Of a DNA stretch of 32,000 nt, positions 1 through 9,346 are shown one piece after another. The stretch is taken from positions 150,001-182,000 of the forward strand of contig CP006868.1 in NCBI GenBank assembly GCA_025340205.1, in the 5' to 3' direction. The notes under the pieces were generated by a model. The model was not told where the DNA came from and ran no database searches. It was given only the letters and a program-made list of their open reading frames with translations. Every line of letters starts with the position of its first letter. The stretch's first letter is position 1. This DNA is from Ignicoccus pacificus DSM 13166. Lineage in GTDB: Archaea; Thermoproteota; Thermoprotei_A; Sulfolobales; Ignicoccaceae. Position numbers and translations under genes: made by a program.

Positions 1-759
1 GACGTATTGGATACCTACGTCACCGGGCTCTAACGCCTCCACGAATTCCATGATCTTTGGAGTCTTACCATTAGCTATGTCCTCTAAGACCTTTAACGCT
101 TCTTCACCAATCACCTTAACTATGTTCTCCTTTCCGAGAGCCTCCGTCCTCAGCTTGAAGAGCTCGTGGGGCTTGCCATGTCCCTCGACGAGGAAGTAAA
201 AGGTAGAGGCTAAGATGTACTTGTTTTCAGCCCCCAGCTCTGTTAACCAAGCCAATCTGTCAGAGTAGCGGAACCGGTCCTTTCCGAAGTCGTAGTTCTG
301 AGCAGCTGCTAGGACCACGTTGAGTTGTTCAAAGCCGAGAAGCTTGTTGAGCCTCTCAAGGGTCTTTAAGCCGAGCTCTATTTGATAAGGCACCTCTACC
401 TTCTCATAGATCTTGCCGAGCAATTCCTTAGTTTCTTCCAATGCCTCTTGGGTACTCATGTTCTCAAAGAGTATTAAGTAGGCGGGGTAAGCGAGTAAGC
501 AGAAGTCTGGCTTGAAGCCGCATACGAGTATGCTAGGGCCGGCGCTTAGTAGCATTGCTACCATGTAAGCGCCTATGAAGTCAGGCTTAGTAGGCTCCAC
601 GGGAGACACGAAGGTCTCATAGCCCTGGAATACTATGTCACTATACACGTCGGAGAAGTAATCATCTATTAGGATTATCCTCCTCTCCGGGTCCAGTAAG
701 TAATCTATTCCGGGTCCTAGCAGTAGGATGTGTTTATTTCTTTCGACGAACTTGGGCAA
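1..759 (-). CDS. Hypothetical protein, truncated at the window edge (...GLPKFVERNKHILLLGPGIDYLLDPERRIILIDDYFSDVYSD...VEALEPGDVGIQYV)
   Basis: Manual reverse-strand translation stays open from a TTG at 759 to the window edge with protein-like composition. A GGGGAG SD-like element lies just upstream of the TTG, and an in-frame TAG lies further upstream. Absent from the ORF track because it is truncated. Confidence 0.75.
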   Translation of the reverse strand, partial: MPKFVERNKHILLLGPGIDYLLDPERRIILIDDYFSDVYSDIVFQGYETFVSPVEPTKPDFIGAYMVAMLLSAGPSILVCGFKPDFCLLAYPAYLILFENMSTQEALEETKELLGKIYEKVEVPYQIELGLKTLERLNKLLGFEQLNVVLAAAQNYDFGKDRFRYSDRLAWLTELGAENKYILASTFYFLVEGHGKPHELFKLRTEALGKENIVKVIGEEALKVLEDIANGKTPKIMEFVEALEPGDVGIQYV

Positions 760-808
760 ACCCTTCTCCCCGAGGACACACGGCTACCTCGTTTTGAGCC
801 TTGAGTCC

Positions 809-828
809 TTTGTTGGTCGATCAACGAA
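809..828. promoter_or_regulatory. Imperfect palindrome TTTGTTGGTCGATCAACGAA, candidate operator between divergent genes
   Basis: 8 of 10 arm positions are complementary. It sits between a minus-strand gene starting at 759 and the napA-like gene starting at 880, just upstream of an AT-rich TATA-like element. Confidence 0.35.
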
Positions 829-837
829 CTACATTGA

Positions 838-848
838 AGCATATATCT
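838..848 (+). promoter_or_regulatory. TATA-box-like element (gcatatatctt) for the nap cluster
   Basis: AT-rich element about 35-40 nt upstream of the GTG start at 880, consistent with a short leader. Confidence 0.4.
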
Positions 849-879
849 TGAAAAACTCCTAGCGTTAAATCACTCATGG

Positions 880-3800
880 GTGAAGTGTTTGCCCAGCACG
901 ACCCGACGAAACCTTTTGAAGGCTATTGCCCTAGGAGCCGCTATGGCCACTGTTGGAAGAGCTATGAAGTCCCTAGGCCTTGCCAGCAAGTACCCCGAGC
1001 TAACTGAGTCCCTCGAATCCTTAGCCTCCATGCAAGCAACTAAGACCAAGTACGTAATGACCATTAAGCCCATAGGACCTTGTAGGTTCTGTGGAACCGG
1101 ATGTGGAGTTCAAGCTCAAGTACTCCTAGACCCCAAGACTGGTCTAGCCGTCAACATGTTCGCAATCCTAGGTATACCGGTTTACCCCGTCAACCACGGT
1201 GCGATGTGTACCAAGGCATTCTACATTGCTAAGGCTCTCGGTTACGCTGGCAACAAGAAGGCCTACGAGCTCAGGCTCAAGAAGCCTGCTGTCATCAAGG
1301 ACTGGATCATACCTGAGCTCGGTAGGCCTCCGATAAGGCCCGAGGAGATACCCCTAGCTCCTAGGGTGAGGGCTAGGCAAGTAAGCAAGAACTACGCTGC
1401 CACCCTCACCCAAGAGGAGCACTACAAGAAGAACATGGTCGAGATTGATTGGGACACTGCCGTCAAGTTCTTCACCACCATGTTTAAGTACGCTGTCCAG
1501 AAGTATGGTCCTCACTCCTTCGCTTACTATGGAAGCGGACAGCTCGGTACTGAGGAGAGCTACGTAATCAACAAGCTGACCAAGGCCGGTATACACACCA
1601 ACAACCTAGACGGTAACCCAAGAATGTGTATGGTCTCTGCCGTCGGAGGTTACATCACCGGCTTCGGTGCCGACGAGCCCGAGACCAGCTACGACCACAT
1701 AGACATCCCCGAGCCCACCACTAAGGTTCACGCCGACACCTTCCTACTGATCGGTACCAACACCGCTGAGGCTCACCCGATCGTCTTCGGTAGGATAGCT
1801 AAGGTGAAGGAGTCCAACAAGAACGTGAAGGTAATCCTAGCTGACCCCAGGAAGACCAGGAGCGGAGCCATCGCCGACCTATGGCTACCTCTAAGGTGGT
1901 CCATGGACGTAGCCTTCATGAACACGCTAGCTTACATCCTAGTCCACGAGCTAGCTAAATGTAAGGCCGACCCCGCTACTGGAAAGGTCGAGTGTGAGAA
2001 CCCCGAGTGGATCGACTTCAAGTGGCTGAAGAGGCACGCTGACTTCGCTATCATTGAGAAGTCCCAGAAGACTTGGGCCCACAAGGACTACAACACCAAG
2101 TACAACAACCTAGACGGCCTCAACGAGGTATGGGACATGGGTACTACCGCCAGCATAGCTGGCAACTACAAGACCTATCCGAGCATCGGTAAGGAGTACA
2201 AGAACGACGAGGAGATAGAGAAGGACTGGTGGAAGGGCTTCGCCCTCTACGTGAAGTTCCTAGAGCTATACAAGCCTGAGGTAATGGTGAAGATACTCTT
2301 CGGCGACGAGATGCCTCTAATCAACAGGAAGACCGCTGAGGCCCTAGTGAAGGCCGGAGAGCTAGACCCCAAGAAGGTCAACCTCAACGAGACCACTCCA
2401 TTCGTAGAGATCGATCCCATCGAGGCCATGAAGCTAGCCACCAAGTGGATGGCCAAGGGCAGGACCCTAGTGCTCTGGACCATGGGCATCAACCAGAAGA
2501 TCCAGGGTGTGCACTCCATCAACACAATCATGAACTTCCTAGCGCTTACCGGAAAGATCGGCAAGTGGGGATCCGGTACCCTATCCCTAACCGGACAGCC
2601 TAACGCGTGTGGAGGAATCAGAGACCAAGGTGGACTGGCTCACGTACTGCCTTACGGAAGGCTGATCGCCAACAAGGCCGCTAGGCTAGAGGTGCAGAAG
2701 ATATGGCAGGAGCTAACCGCCATGTACCTGAAGTACCAGGGCTACCCGCAGAGTGAGATCCAGAAGATCGTGAAGCAAGTGTACATCCACCCGGTGCCCG
2801 GACCTCACGTCATAGAGATGTTCAGAAGAGTGAACGCCGGACAGATCAAGGTAATATGGATTGCCGAGACCAACCCCGGACAGAGCCTACCCAACGTGTA
2901 CAAGTACAGGGTAGGAATGGCCAAGCCTCACGACGACGACCCAGCGTTCCCATTCGTGGTAGTCAACGACATCTACCCGACCAGGACTACCGACGTGGCC
3001 GACCTAGTGTTCCCAGCAGCCGCCTACGCTGAGAAGGAGTTCAAGTACGGATGTACCGAGAGGAGGTACAGCGTCGCTAGGTATGTGATCAGGCCTCCGG
3101 GACAAGCCATCGGAGACCACGTGATCTTCGCCATGATAGGTAAGGCTCTAGAGGACGAGGGACTAGTACCCAAGGCCATAACCAGCGGATTCTTCCCTGA
3201 GAGGAATGTGGACGAGGCCGCCAAGCAGGCCGGTTACAAGAGCTGGGTCGACTACATAGTCAACAAGAGCCAGGAGGTAGAGTGGCACAAGAAGTTCCTC
3301 GACAGGATCTGGAACTACGACATACTAAGCCTATGTAAGAACACCTACTATGACTTCAGCTATGTCAAGAGGGACTTCTTCAGGAAGCTAATCACCGGAT
3401 TCAGGTGGCCTTGGCCGTGGACCTACGCTTACAACAAGGACGTCAAGGCTAGGTACGACAAGTATCACTCCGCCACCAGGTACGCCTATCCGTATGATCC
3501 GCTAATGCCCAAGCCAGAGCTAATCAAGCAGATGTACGAGAAGATCAAGAACATGAACAATCCCGAGGAGATCCATGCGTACATAATGAGCATACCGGAC
3601 ACTGAGCTACACCCGATCCACAAGAAGAAGTGGCTACACAAGGTCTACCACAACGTGACCCTCTTCAAGTGGGTTCTGAAGAACATAGTCGAAGAGATCG
3701 ACGACATGGAGTACAAGAAGAAGAGCAAGGTACCCAGCGACTGGTACGTGATCTTCTACGCTAAGCCCACCGGAAGGATGACCATCTGGGCAAGGCCATG

Positions 3801-4602
3801 GCTACCCGTGAACATGGACCATGAGACCGGCAAGCAGACCATCAACAAGAAGGTGATAATAACTTGGGAGAAGCTAGATGCCGACGCCGTCTTCAAGGGC
3901 AAGATCTCCGTCTTCGCCGCTCCCAAGGGACCATTCAAGGTGCTCAAGAAGGTAGTAGCTGAACCCACTGGCAACCCAGAGGTAGGACTGAACGTGCTAG
4001 CTACCAAGAGCTGGGGTGACGCCCTCAAGAGCAACTACGAGGACGTGCAGGCGATCTTCCAGATAGCCCTAGCGCCCGCCGAGGCTCCTGGCTTCGTGAT
4101 GAAGTACAGGCTACCCGACGGAAGTGTGCTAACCGTGAGAGACGACAGGAACTACCCGATGGTGGCCACCACCGGAAGAGTGATCGAGCACTGGCACACC
4201 TGTACCATGACTTGTAAGGTGCCCGAGCTAGTGAGAGTGAAGCCCAGCGCCTACGTGGAGATCAACAAGAAGGTGGCCGACAAGCTAGGAATAAGGGACG
4301 GCGAGTGGGTGACCGTGGAGAGTCCCAGAGGAAAGGTAACTGTGCCGGCCAGAGTGTTAGACCCCAAGACCGGACTAGGAGGACCCAGAGCGGACTACAC
4401 CTTCATACCATGGTTCGACCCCAACAAGCTGGCTAACGCAATCACGCTGGACAACTACGACGTACAGCCGTACTTCTTCCAGCCAGACTTCAAGACCTGT
4501 GCCGCCTACATAAGGAAGGCTAGGCCCGACGAGATACCGCCGGGAGGAGTGAGGTCGCCGGTACAGACCGGCAAGCCCAAGTACAACATAAACTACGTCT
4601 AA
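880..4602 (+). CDS. napA: Periplasmic-type nitrate reductase catalytic subunit (NapA-like molybdopterin oxidoreductase), Tat-exported, 1240 aa
   Basis: Tat motif TTRRNLLKA; N-terminal 4Fe-4S motif CRFCGTGC...HGAMC; Mo-ligand region NPRMCMVSAVGGY; C-terminal TTGRVIEHWHTCTMT...QPDFKTCAAYIRKA, all matching NapA-type enzymes. Confidence 0.85.
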   Translation: MKCLPSTTRRNLLKAIALGAAMATVGRAMKSLGLASKYPELTESLESLASMQATKTKYVMTIKPIGPCRFCGTGCGVQAQVLLDPKTGLAVNMFAILGIPVYPVNHGAMCTKAFYIAKALGYAGNKKAYELRLKKPAVIKDWIIPELGRPPIRPEEIPLAPRVRARQVSKNYAATLTQEEHYKKNMVEIDWDTAVKFFTTMFKYAVQKYGPHSFAYYGSGQLGTEESYVINKLTKAGIHTNNLDGNPRMCMVSAVGGYITGFGADEPETSYDHIDIPEPTTKVHADTFLLIGTNTAEAHPIVFGRIAKVKESNKNVKVILADPRKTRSGAIADLWLPLRWSMDVAFMNTLAYILVHELAKCKADPATGKVECENPEWIDFKWLKRHADFAIIEKSQKTWAHKDYNTKYNNLDGLNEVWDMGTTASIAGNYKTYPSIGKEYKNDEEIEKDWWKGFALYVKFLELYKPEVMVKILFGDEMPLINRKTAEALVKAGELDPKKVNLNETTPFVEIDPIEAMKLATKWMAKGRTLVLWTMGINQKIQGVHSINTIMNFLALTGKIGKWGSGTLSLTGQPNACGGIRDQGGLAHVLPYGRLIANKAARLEVQKIWQELTAMYLKYQGYPQSEIQKIVKQVYIHPVPGPHVIEMFRRVNAGQIKVIWIAETNPGQSLPNVYKYRVGMAKPHDDDPAFPFVVVNDIYPTRTTDVADLVFPAAAYAEKEFKYGCTERRYSVARYVIRPPGQAIGDHVIFAMIGKALEDEGLVPKAITSGFFPERNVDEAAKQAGYKSWVDYIVNKSQEVEWHKKFLDRIWNYDILSLCKNTYYDFSYVKRDFFRKLITGFRWPWPWTYAYNKDVKARYDKYHSATRYAYPYDPLMPKPELIKQMYEKIKNMNNPEEIHAYIMSIPDTELHPIHKKKWLHKVYHNVTLFKWVLKNIVEEIDDMEYKKKSKVPSDWYVIFYAKPTGRMTIWARPWLPVNMDHETGKQTINKKVIITWEKLDADAVFKGKISVFAAPKGPFKVLKKVVAEPTGNPEVGLNVLATKSWGDALKSNYEDVQAIFQIALAPAEAPGFVMKYRLPDGSVLTVRDDRNYPMVATTGRVIEHWHTCTMTCKVPELVRVKPSAYVEINKKVADKLGIRDGEWVTVESPRGKVTVPARVLDPKTGLGGPRADYTFIPWFDPNKLANAITLDNYDVQPYFFQPDFKTCAAYIRKARPDEIPPGGVRSPVQTGKPKYNINYV

Positions 4603-4661
4603 CCTTAGTTTCTTTTTGAACATTAACTCCCCGATCAATTAAGCATACCTAAATCCTCCCC

Positions 4662-4680
4662 CTCCCTCTCAGATAGGGAG
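4662..4680 (+). promoter_or_regulatory. Short hairpin CTCCCT-N7-AGGGAG overlapping the SD of the downstream gene
   Basis: Arms 4662-4667 and 4675-4680 are perfect complements; the AGGGAG arm is the likely SD for the TTG at 4688. Confidence 0.35.
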
Positions 4681-4687
4681 CTCTGTA

Positions 4688-5692
4688 TTGCCCGAGGGCA
4701 AGGTTTCTACAAATAGTGAAAAGAAGAGGAGCGAAGCCAGGAGAGACTTCATCAAAGCCCTGATAGCGCTGGGTCTCGTTACCGTGATATCCCCGCAAGT
4801 GATAGCAGAGCTTGAGAAGAAGCCGGAGGGTCTAACTGACGATGATTGGTACGAACCCTTTGACATAACGGACGATCCAAAGAGACAGCAGCAATACGAG
4901 GAAAGCGCCAAGCTTCAGTTGGGGTATTCGTTAGTTATTGAGGAGAACGGGAGGAAGCTGGTAGCTAATCCCCTGCTCCCCAAGAAGCCTATAACCTACA
5001 TGGTGAAGTACGAGAAAGATAGGTTCAGGCTCCCTCCTCCCGGCGCCAAGGACCTCTTCGCTAGGTGCATTAGGTGCGGTCTCTGTGCCTCCGCTTGTGC
5101 CTCCATGGGCTACCACGCCATAAGGCTGGGAGACTTCAAGGATGGATATGTAATGCTGGGCGTACCTATAGTTGACAACCAAATTGAGTATCCTTGTACC
5201 CTATGTATGGAATGTACTAAGGTATGTCCCACCGGGGCTCTGGAGGAGATACCTCAGAGAGAGGTGAAGATGGGTATAGCTTTGATCGATCCCGATCTCT
5301 GCTGGGCGTGGAACACTGGAGAGTGCTACAGCTGCGCCAAAGCTTGTCCCTTCGGAACGGAGGTATTCGCCTTCAGATTCAACGAGTGGGGAGCTCACAC
5401 GCGAGTGCTTCCCGACAAATGCAATGGATGTGGTATGTGCGTACAAGCCTGTCCGGTAGTAGGGTCAGCAATCCACGTCTTACCCCCTGAGGAGTACGAG
5501 AGGAGGGTGAAGAACTTCAAGAACACTGGAATGAGCTATGAGGAATACATTAAGCTCATCTGGAAGACTGAGGATAGCATGTATACCGACCCTATGGCAT
5601 CGCTTAAGTTGACTTGGAGGGTAAACGTCAACGTAGACTACATAGTCAATAAGAGAGGTTTGATTGAGAGCAAGGTAAAGAAAAGTATGTGA
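4688..5692 (+). CDS. napG: NapG-like Tat-exported ferredoxin-type quinol dehydrogenase subunit
   Basis: Tat-like leader (SEARRDFIKALIALG) and four Fe-S cluster motifs (CIRCGLC, CTLCMEC, CYSCAKAC, CNGCGMC) between napA-like and napH-like genes. Confidence 0.8.
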   Translation: MPEGKVSTNSEKKRSEARRDFIKALIALGLVTVISPQVIAELEKKPEGLTDDDWYEPFDITDDPKRQQQYEESAKLQLGYSLVIEENGRKLVANPLLPKKPITYMVKYEKDRFRLPPPGAKDLFARCIRCGLCASACASMGYHAIRLGDFKDGYVMLGVPIVDNQIEYPCTLCMECTKVCPTGALEEIPQREVKMGIALIDPDLCWAWNTGECYSCAKACPFGTEVFAFRFNEWGAHTRVLPDKCNGCGMCVQACPVVGSAIHVLPPEEYERRVKNFKNTGMSYEEYIKLIWKTEDSMYTDPMASLKLTWRVNVNVDYIVNKRGLIESKVKKSM

Positions 5693-5703
5693 GGTGATAT
5701 AGT

Positions 5704-7269
5704 ATGGTAGCAGATGGGGTAAAGAAGAACAAGTACGTACAAAAGGTAGTGAAATTCATCGAGGGGAGGCCGAAGAGAGGAAGATACACCTACCTGAGGA
5801 GGTTCTTCCAACTAGCTATACTCTTCCTCTTCTCCACTCAACTAGTCTTCAACGGCTACTGGATAGAAGGAAGCTTAGCCTCCTCGAGGGTCCTAACCGT
5901 AATGGCACTCTTCCCCTTGGCCGTCTTGGGCCTCTATTATATGTACAAAGGAATGAAGGAGATAAGTGACGTCTACAGAAAAGAGTACTTCATAGGTCGA
6001 ATAGGGTTCATCATATTGGTTATAGGCCTAGCTCTGGCGTTCTTCTACCTCTTCCAAGGAGTAGAACCTACTCTCATGCTGAAGGTCGTTAAGAGAGTAG
6101 AAGGTAAACAAGTGGTGCACTACGTAACCAATTGGCCGTTGATCATTACTTCAAGCTTGCTAACGGCCGGAATAATCGTAATGTTGGTATCCATATGGCA
6201 CTTGGGCCATAGAGGAGGACACCTAGTTCACGTAGTCCTCCAAGCGATGCCGATATACTTGGCGATGGCAATAGCAGCTTCGTTCCTGCTGAATACGCCG
6301 CTAGTAATATTAGGCTCCCTAGCGGTGGTGAACGCATTCTTAGCCATGGCTCTCTTCTCATTCTACGTTAACAAGAGGACTACTGACCCTAAGCTAGCGA
6401 AGGCCTCAAAGGACTTCGCCACAGCCTTTGGAATAGCAGCGATAGGAGTCGGCATAGCCACCGTGGTCTTCGGGGTAGCGGGAGCTCAGAGCTTCGCCAC
6501 CTTCAAGTATCCCATGATGGACCCGATAGCTTGGCTAGAGCACGCGGTAGCGGACAGGGGCTTTACCGTCGAATCCGTCGTTGCAGTGCTAGTAGTGGTC
6601 TTCCTCTACTCTGTACTGGGAAGGTTCTTCTGCGGCTGGGTATGTCCGATGGACCTACTCTTCTCAATATTCGAAAAGAAGCTGAACATGCCCAGAGATC
6701 CTCCTCAGATCAGGTTCCATAAGCCAACGAAGGCAGAGAAAATAGTGCCCATAATCGCCATAGCGGCTTACTTGGTGCTATCTTACATCTTCGCTCTGCC
6801 GTTCTTCACGACGATGTCCCCGGTTGCGGGAGCCACGAAGTTCGGGGAGTTCCTAATAGGAGTGCTCTACGACATACCGGGAGCCACCATAGGTACCGCA
6901 ATAGCCTTCGGATGGATAACGGCCTATGCCTTAATAATAAATATAATCGCTGAAAAGGTGTTCAAGATAAAGAGGTTCTGGTGCAAGTACGTCTGTCCTA
7001 TAGGTAACTTCTACGGATTCATAATGAACAAGTTCAGTCCCTTCAGACTAAAGGTGTCCTATCCAGAGAAGTGTACTAAGTGTAACTTGTGTAGCATGGC
7101 ATGTCCTATGAGCATAGACCTAGTGGACTACATAGTGAAGGGTAAGGACATCATGGATCACAGATGTTTCCACTGTGGAAGGTGTGCCGAGGTCTGCCCC
7201 TTCGGAGTACTCGAGCTGGGCTTCAGACTGAGGCAGCCTAAGGAAAACGAGGAAAAAGGAGGTCAGTAA
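5704..7269 (+). CDS. napH: NapH-like membrane ferredoxin/quinol dehydrogenase subunit
   Basis: Multiple hydrophobic segments, CGWVCPMD and CKYVCPIG motifs, and two C-terminal 4Fe-4S motifs (CTKCNLCSMACP, CFHCGRCAEVCP); SD GAGGTGAT upstream. Confidence 0.8.
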   Translation: MVADGVKKNKYVQKVVKFIEGRPKRGRYTYLRRFFQLAILFLFSTQLVFNGYWIEGSLASSRVLTVMALFPLAVLGLYYMYKGMKEISDVYRKEYFIGRIGFIILVIGLALAFFYLFQGVEPTLMLKVVKRVEGKQVVHYVTNWPLIITSSLLTAGIIVMLVSIWHLGHRGGHLVHVVLQAMPIYLAMAIAASFLLNTPLVILGSLAVVNAFLAMALFSFYVNKRTTDPKLAKASKDFATAFGIAAIGVGIATVVFGVAGAQSFATFKYPMMDPIAWLEHAVADRGFTVESVVAVLVVVFLYSVLGRFFCGWVCPMDLLFSIFEKKLNMPRDPPQIRFHKPTKAEKIVPIIAIAAYLVLSYIFALPFFTTMSPVAGATKFGEFLIGVLYDIPGATIGTAIAFGWITAYALIINIIAEKVFKIKRFWCKYVCPIGNFYGFIMNKFSPFRLKVSYPEKCTKCNLCSMACPMSIDLVDYIVKGKDIMDHRCFHCGRCAEVCPFGVLELGFRLRQPKENEEKGGQ

Positions 7270-7682
7270 CCTCCTCTCATTTGCTCGAGAATTGTTTTTA
7301 TATAGTTCTTTGCGTCCTCGTCTAAAGCAATTTCTCCATTTAAGAGCATCTCGTTTATCGCGTCCTCCAGGGCCTTGTCTTGGAGAAAGCCGTAGCTCAC
7401 GTAAGCCTTAGCGACGCCGGGATGGGCCTCCGCTGCCTTGATCAAGTCCTCGAGCTGGTTGACCGTCTCGGCCTCTACGTAGTAGACGATGTACAAGTCA
7501 GTACCCAAGTCATATAACTCAAAGCCCAAAGACTCCAAGTGTTTCTTTATCTCCTCTATCTTGGCAGGGTCACCCCTATGAGTGGGATTTACCAAAATGA
7601 AGCCTGTGGCGAACGGCATAGCCTTCCTACCCTTGTCCTTAATCGTGTCCAGGTTTTTGAATAACTCACTAATGGCACCCAT
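7263..7682 (-). CDS. NapD-like maturation chaperone
   Basis: 139 aa. The core (FATGFILVNPTHRGDPAKIEEIKKHLESLGFELYDLGTDLYIVYYVEAETVNQLEDLIKAAEAHPGVAKAYVSYGF) follows the NapD ferredoxin-like pattern. It is convergent to napH with a 7-bp overlap. Confidence 0.55.
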   Translation of the reverse strand: MGAISELFKNLDTIKDKGRKAMPFATGFILVNPTHRGDPAKIEEIKKHLESLGFELYDLGTDLYIVYYVEAETVNQLEDLIKAAEAHPGVAKAYVSYGFLQDKALEDAINEMLLNGEIALDEDAKNYIKTILEQMRGGY

Positions 7683-7753
7683 GTTCGCTAGTATACGCCG
7701 ATGATAGCTCTAACTAATATAGTAGCCTTGATGAGGAGTGGCGGAGTGAGAGC

Positions 7754-8602
7754 ATGGACATCATAGGGCTGCTGTTCTGGCTGTTGCTGTTCAGCGTCAT
7801 AGCGGAGCCACTGCTAGAGTACCAGAGGGTTAAGGCAGCCAGAATGGCCATACTAAAGAGAATAGAGGACAAGTACGGATACAGAGTAATAACCCTCATT
7901 CATAGACAAGAGAGAGTAGGCTTCTTCGGAGTTCCCATATACAGGTTCATCGACATAGAGGACAGCGAGGCCGTAGTGAGGGCGATAAGGAGCACTCCTA
8001 AGGATAAGCCGATAATGATAATCCTCCACACACCGGGAGGGATGGTGCTAGCCGCTTCCCAGATAGCCCATGCCTTGCACAAGCATCCAGCTAAGACCGT
8101 GGCCGTGGTACCTCATTACGCCATGAGCGGTGGAACCCTCATAGCTATAGCTGCTGACGAGATCTGGATGGACCCAGCCGCTGCCTTAGGCCCTCTAGAC
8201 CCACAGATCCCCGTCGACATGCAGCACTTACCGGCTCCCAGCTTGGTCAAGGTAATCAAGGAGAAGGGTAAGGAAGCCAGTGACAAGTTCTTAGTTTATG
8301 GAGACGTAGCTGAGAAGGCCTTAAAGGAGATGTACGATACAGTGCTAAAGTTCCTAAAGAGTAAGATGGATGAAGAGAAGGCTAAGGCTGTAGCGGAGGA
8401 ACTGGTAATGGGTAAGTACACTCACGACTATCCGCTCTTCTATGAGAAGGTGAAGGAGCTAGGCTTGCCGGTCAAGGACAAGGTACCTCCGGAGGTATAC
8501 GAACTCATGGAACTGTACCCACAGGCGCAAGCTCAGAGACCCGGAGTAGAGTACTTGCCTTACCACATGCCTCAACCGCAGAAGAGGTCAAACACAGCAT
8601 GA
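7754..8602 (+). CDS. SDH family Clp-fold serine proteinase (DUF114-type)
   Basis: N-terminal TM segment, then ILHTPGGMVLAASQIAHAL and VPHYAMSGGTLIAIAADEIWMDPAAALGPLDPQ, typical of this family. Confidence 0.85.
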   Translation: MDIIGLLFWLLLFSVIAEPLLEYQRVKAARMAILKRIEDKYGYRVITLIHRQERVGFFGVPIYRFIDIEDSEAVVRAIRSTPKDKPIMIILHTPGGMVLAASQIAHALHKHPAKTVAVVPHYAMSGGTLIAIAADEIWMDPAAALGPLDPQIPVDMQHLPAPSLVKVIKEKGKEASDKFLVYGDVAEKALKEMYDTVLKFLKSKMDEEKAKAVAEELVMGKYTHDYPLFYEKVKELGLPVKDKVPPEVYELMELYPQAQAQRPGVEYLPYHMPQPQKRSNTA

Positions 8603-8614
8603 TTTTTTGAAAAA

Positions 8615-8710
8615 TTACCTACCAGTGTAGAGGGCCTCCACGAGGTAGAAGTCCACCTCGTCCTCGGTTCTTTCCTCCACCTCATTCCTTCTAACCAGAA
8701 CTAAAGCCAT
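8615..8710 (-). CDS. Possible 31-aa small protein MALVLVRRNEVEERTEDEVDFYLVEALYTGR
   Basis: ATG-to-TAA ORF in an otherwise unassigned gap. A TTAATATC TATA-like element lies about 55-60 nt upstream on the same strand. Too short to be certain. Confidence 0.25.
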   Translation of the reverse strand: MALVLVRRNEVEERTEDEVDFYLVEALYTGR

Positions 8711-8798
8711 TTCAGACCCCAGTCTTAGAAGTAAGCGTAGTTTAAGGGTACTAGTCTGAAAGATATTAAGACAGAAGTCGAAAAATTCTATTCAGAAC

Positions 8799-9341
8799 CT
8801 ACTTCCCCCAATAGTACTTGATGTAGGCGTTGAGTACTTTGACTCCTTGCGATCCCAGCTCGAGCCATATTAGGTATCTCCCCTCTCTCCAAAGGATGTG
8901 AACTCTATCCCTAACGTCCGGAATAATGTAGAACGTCGTGTTACCTATCTGATGAGGTATGGGCGTCCCGTAAGGTAGCTTACCCTGAAGCTGAGCTATT
9001 CTATTAACCATCTCATCTTCTAGCTTCTTAGCTATAACTGGGCTCTTGAGCTCAGCAATCCAAGCTATGGAACCATCGGAGTAAATGACTACGGCTCCGT
9101 TCACCAAGCCCTTTAACGCTTCTGGGTCCCAATGGATCGACTTAATCTTCTCTATTCCCTCATTGCCTACGTAGGCCTTCAGAACAGTGACGTTCCCTAT
9201 CCTCTCAGGGAAAGTCAAGATGGATGTGGTGGACGTAGCGGGAGATTGAGGATGATATGTTGTGTTGAAGAGGTATACGTCAGCAACTATACCTAAGGCT
9301 ATTACTACTAAGAGCGGAAGGGAGCTCTTAATGGACTTCAA
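8799..9341 (-). CDS. Hypothetical membrane-anchored/secreted protein, 180 aa
   Basis: N-terminal hydrophobic segment LPLLVVIALGIVADVYLF followed by a soluble domain. Confidence 0.6.
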   Translation of the reverse strand: MKSIKSSLPLLVVIALGIVADVYLFNTTYHPQSPATSTTSILTFPERIGNVTVLKAYVGNEGIEKIKSIHWDPEALKGLVNGAVVIYSDGSIAWIAELKSPVIAKKLEDEMVNRIAQLQGKLPYGTPIPHQIGNTTFYIIPDVRDRVHILWREGRYLIWLELGSQGVKVLNAYIKYYWGK

Positions 9342-9346
9342 GACCC

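Noticed and set aside
1354-4034. Several 66-105 aa minus-strand ORFs within napA
   Set aside because: Antisense to a strongly conserved NapA reading frame; arise from its biased codon usage.
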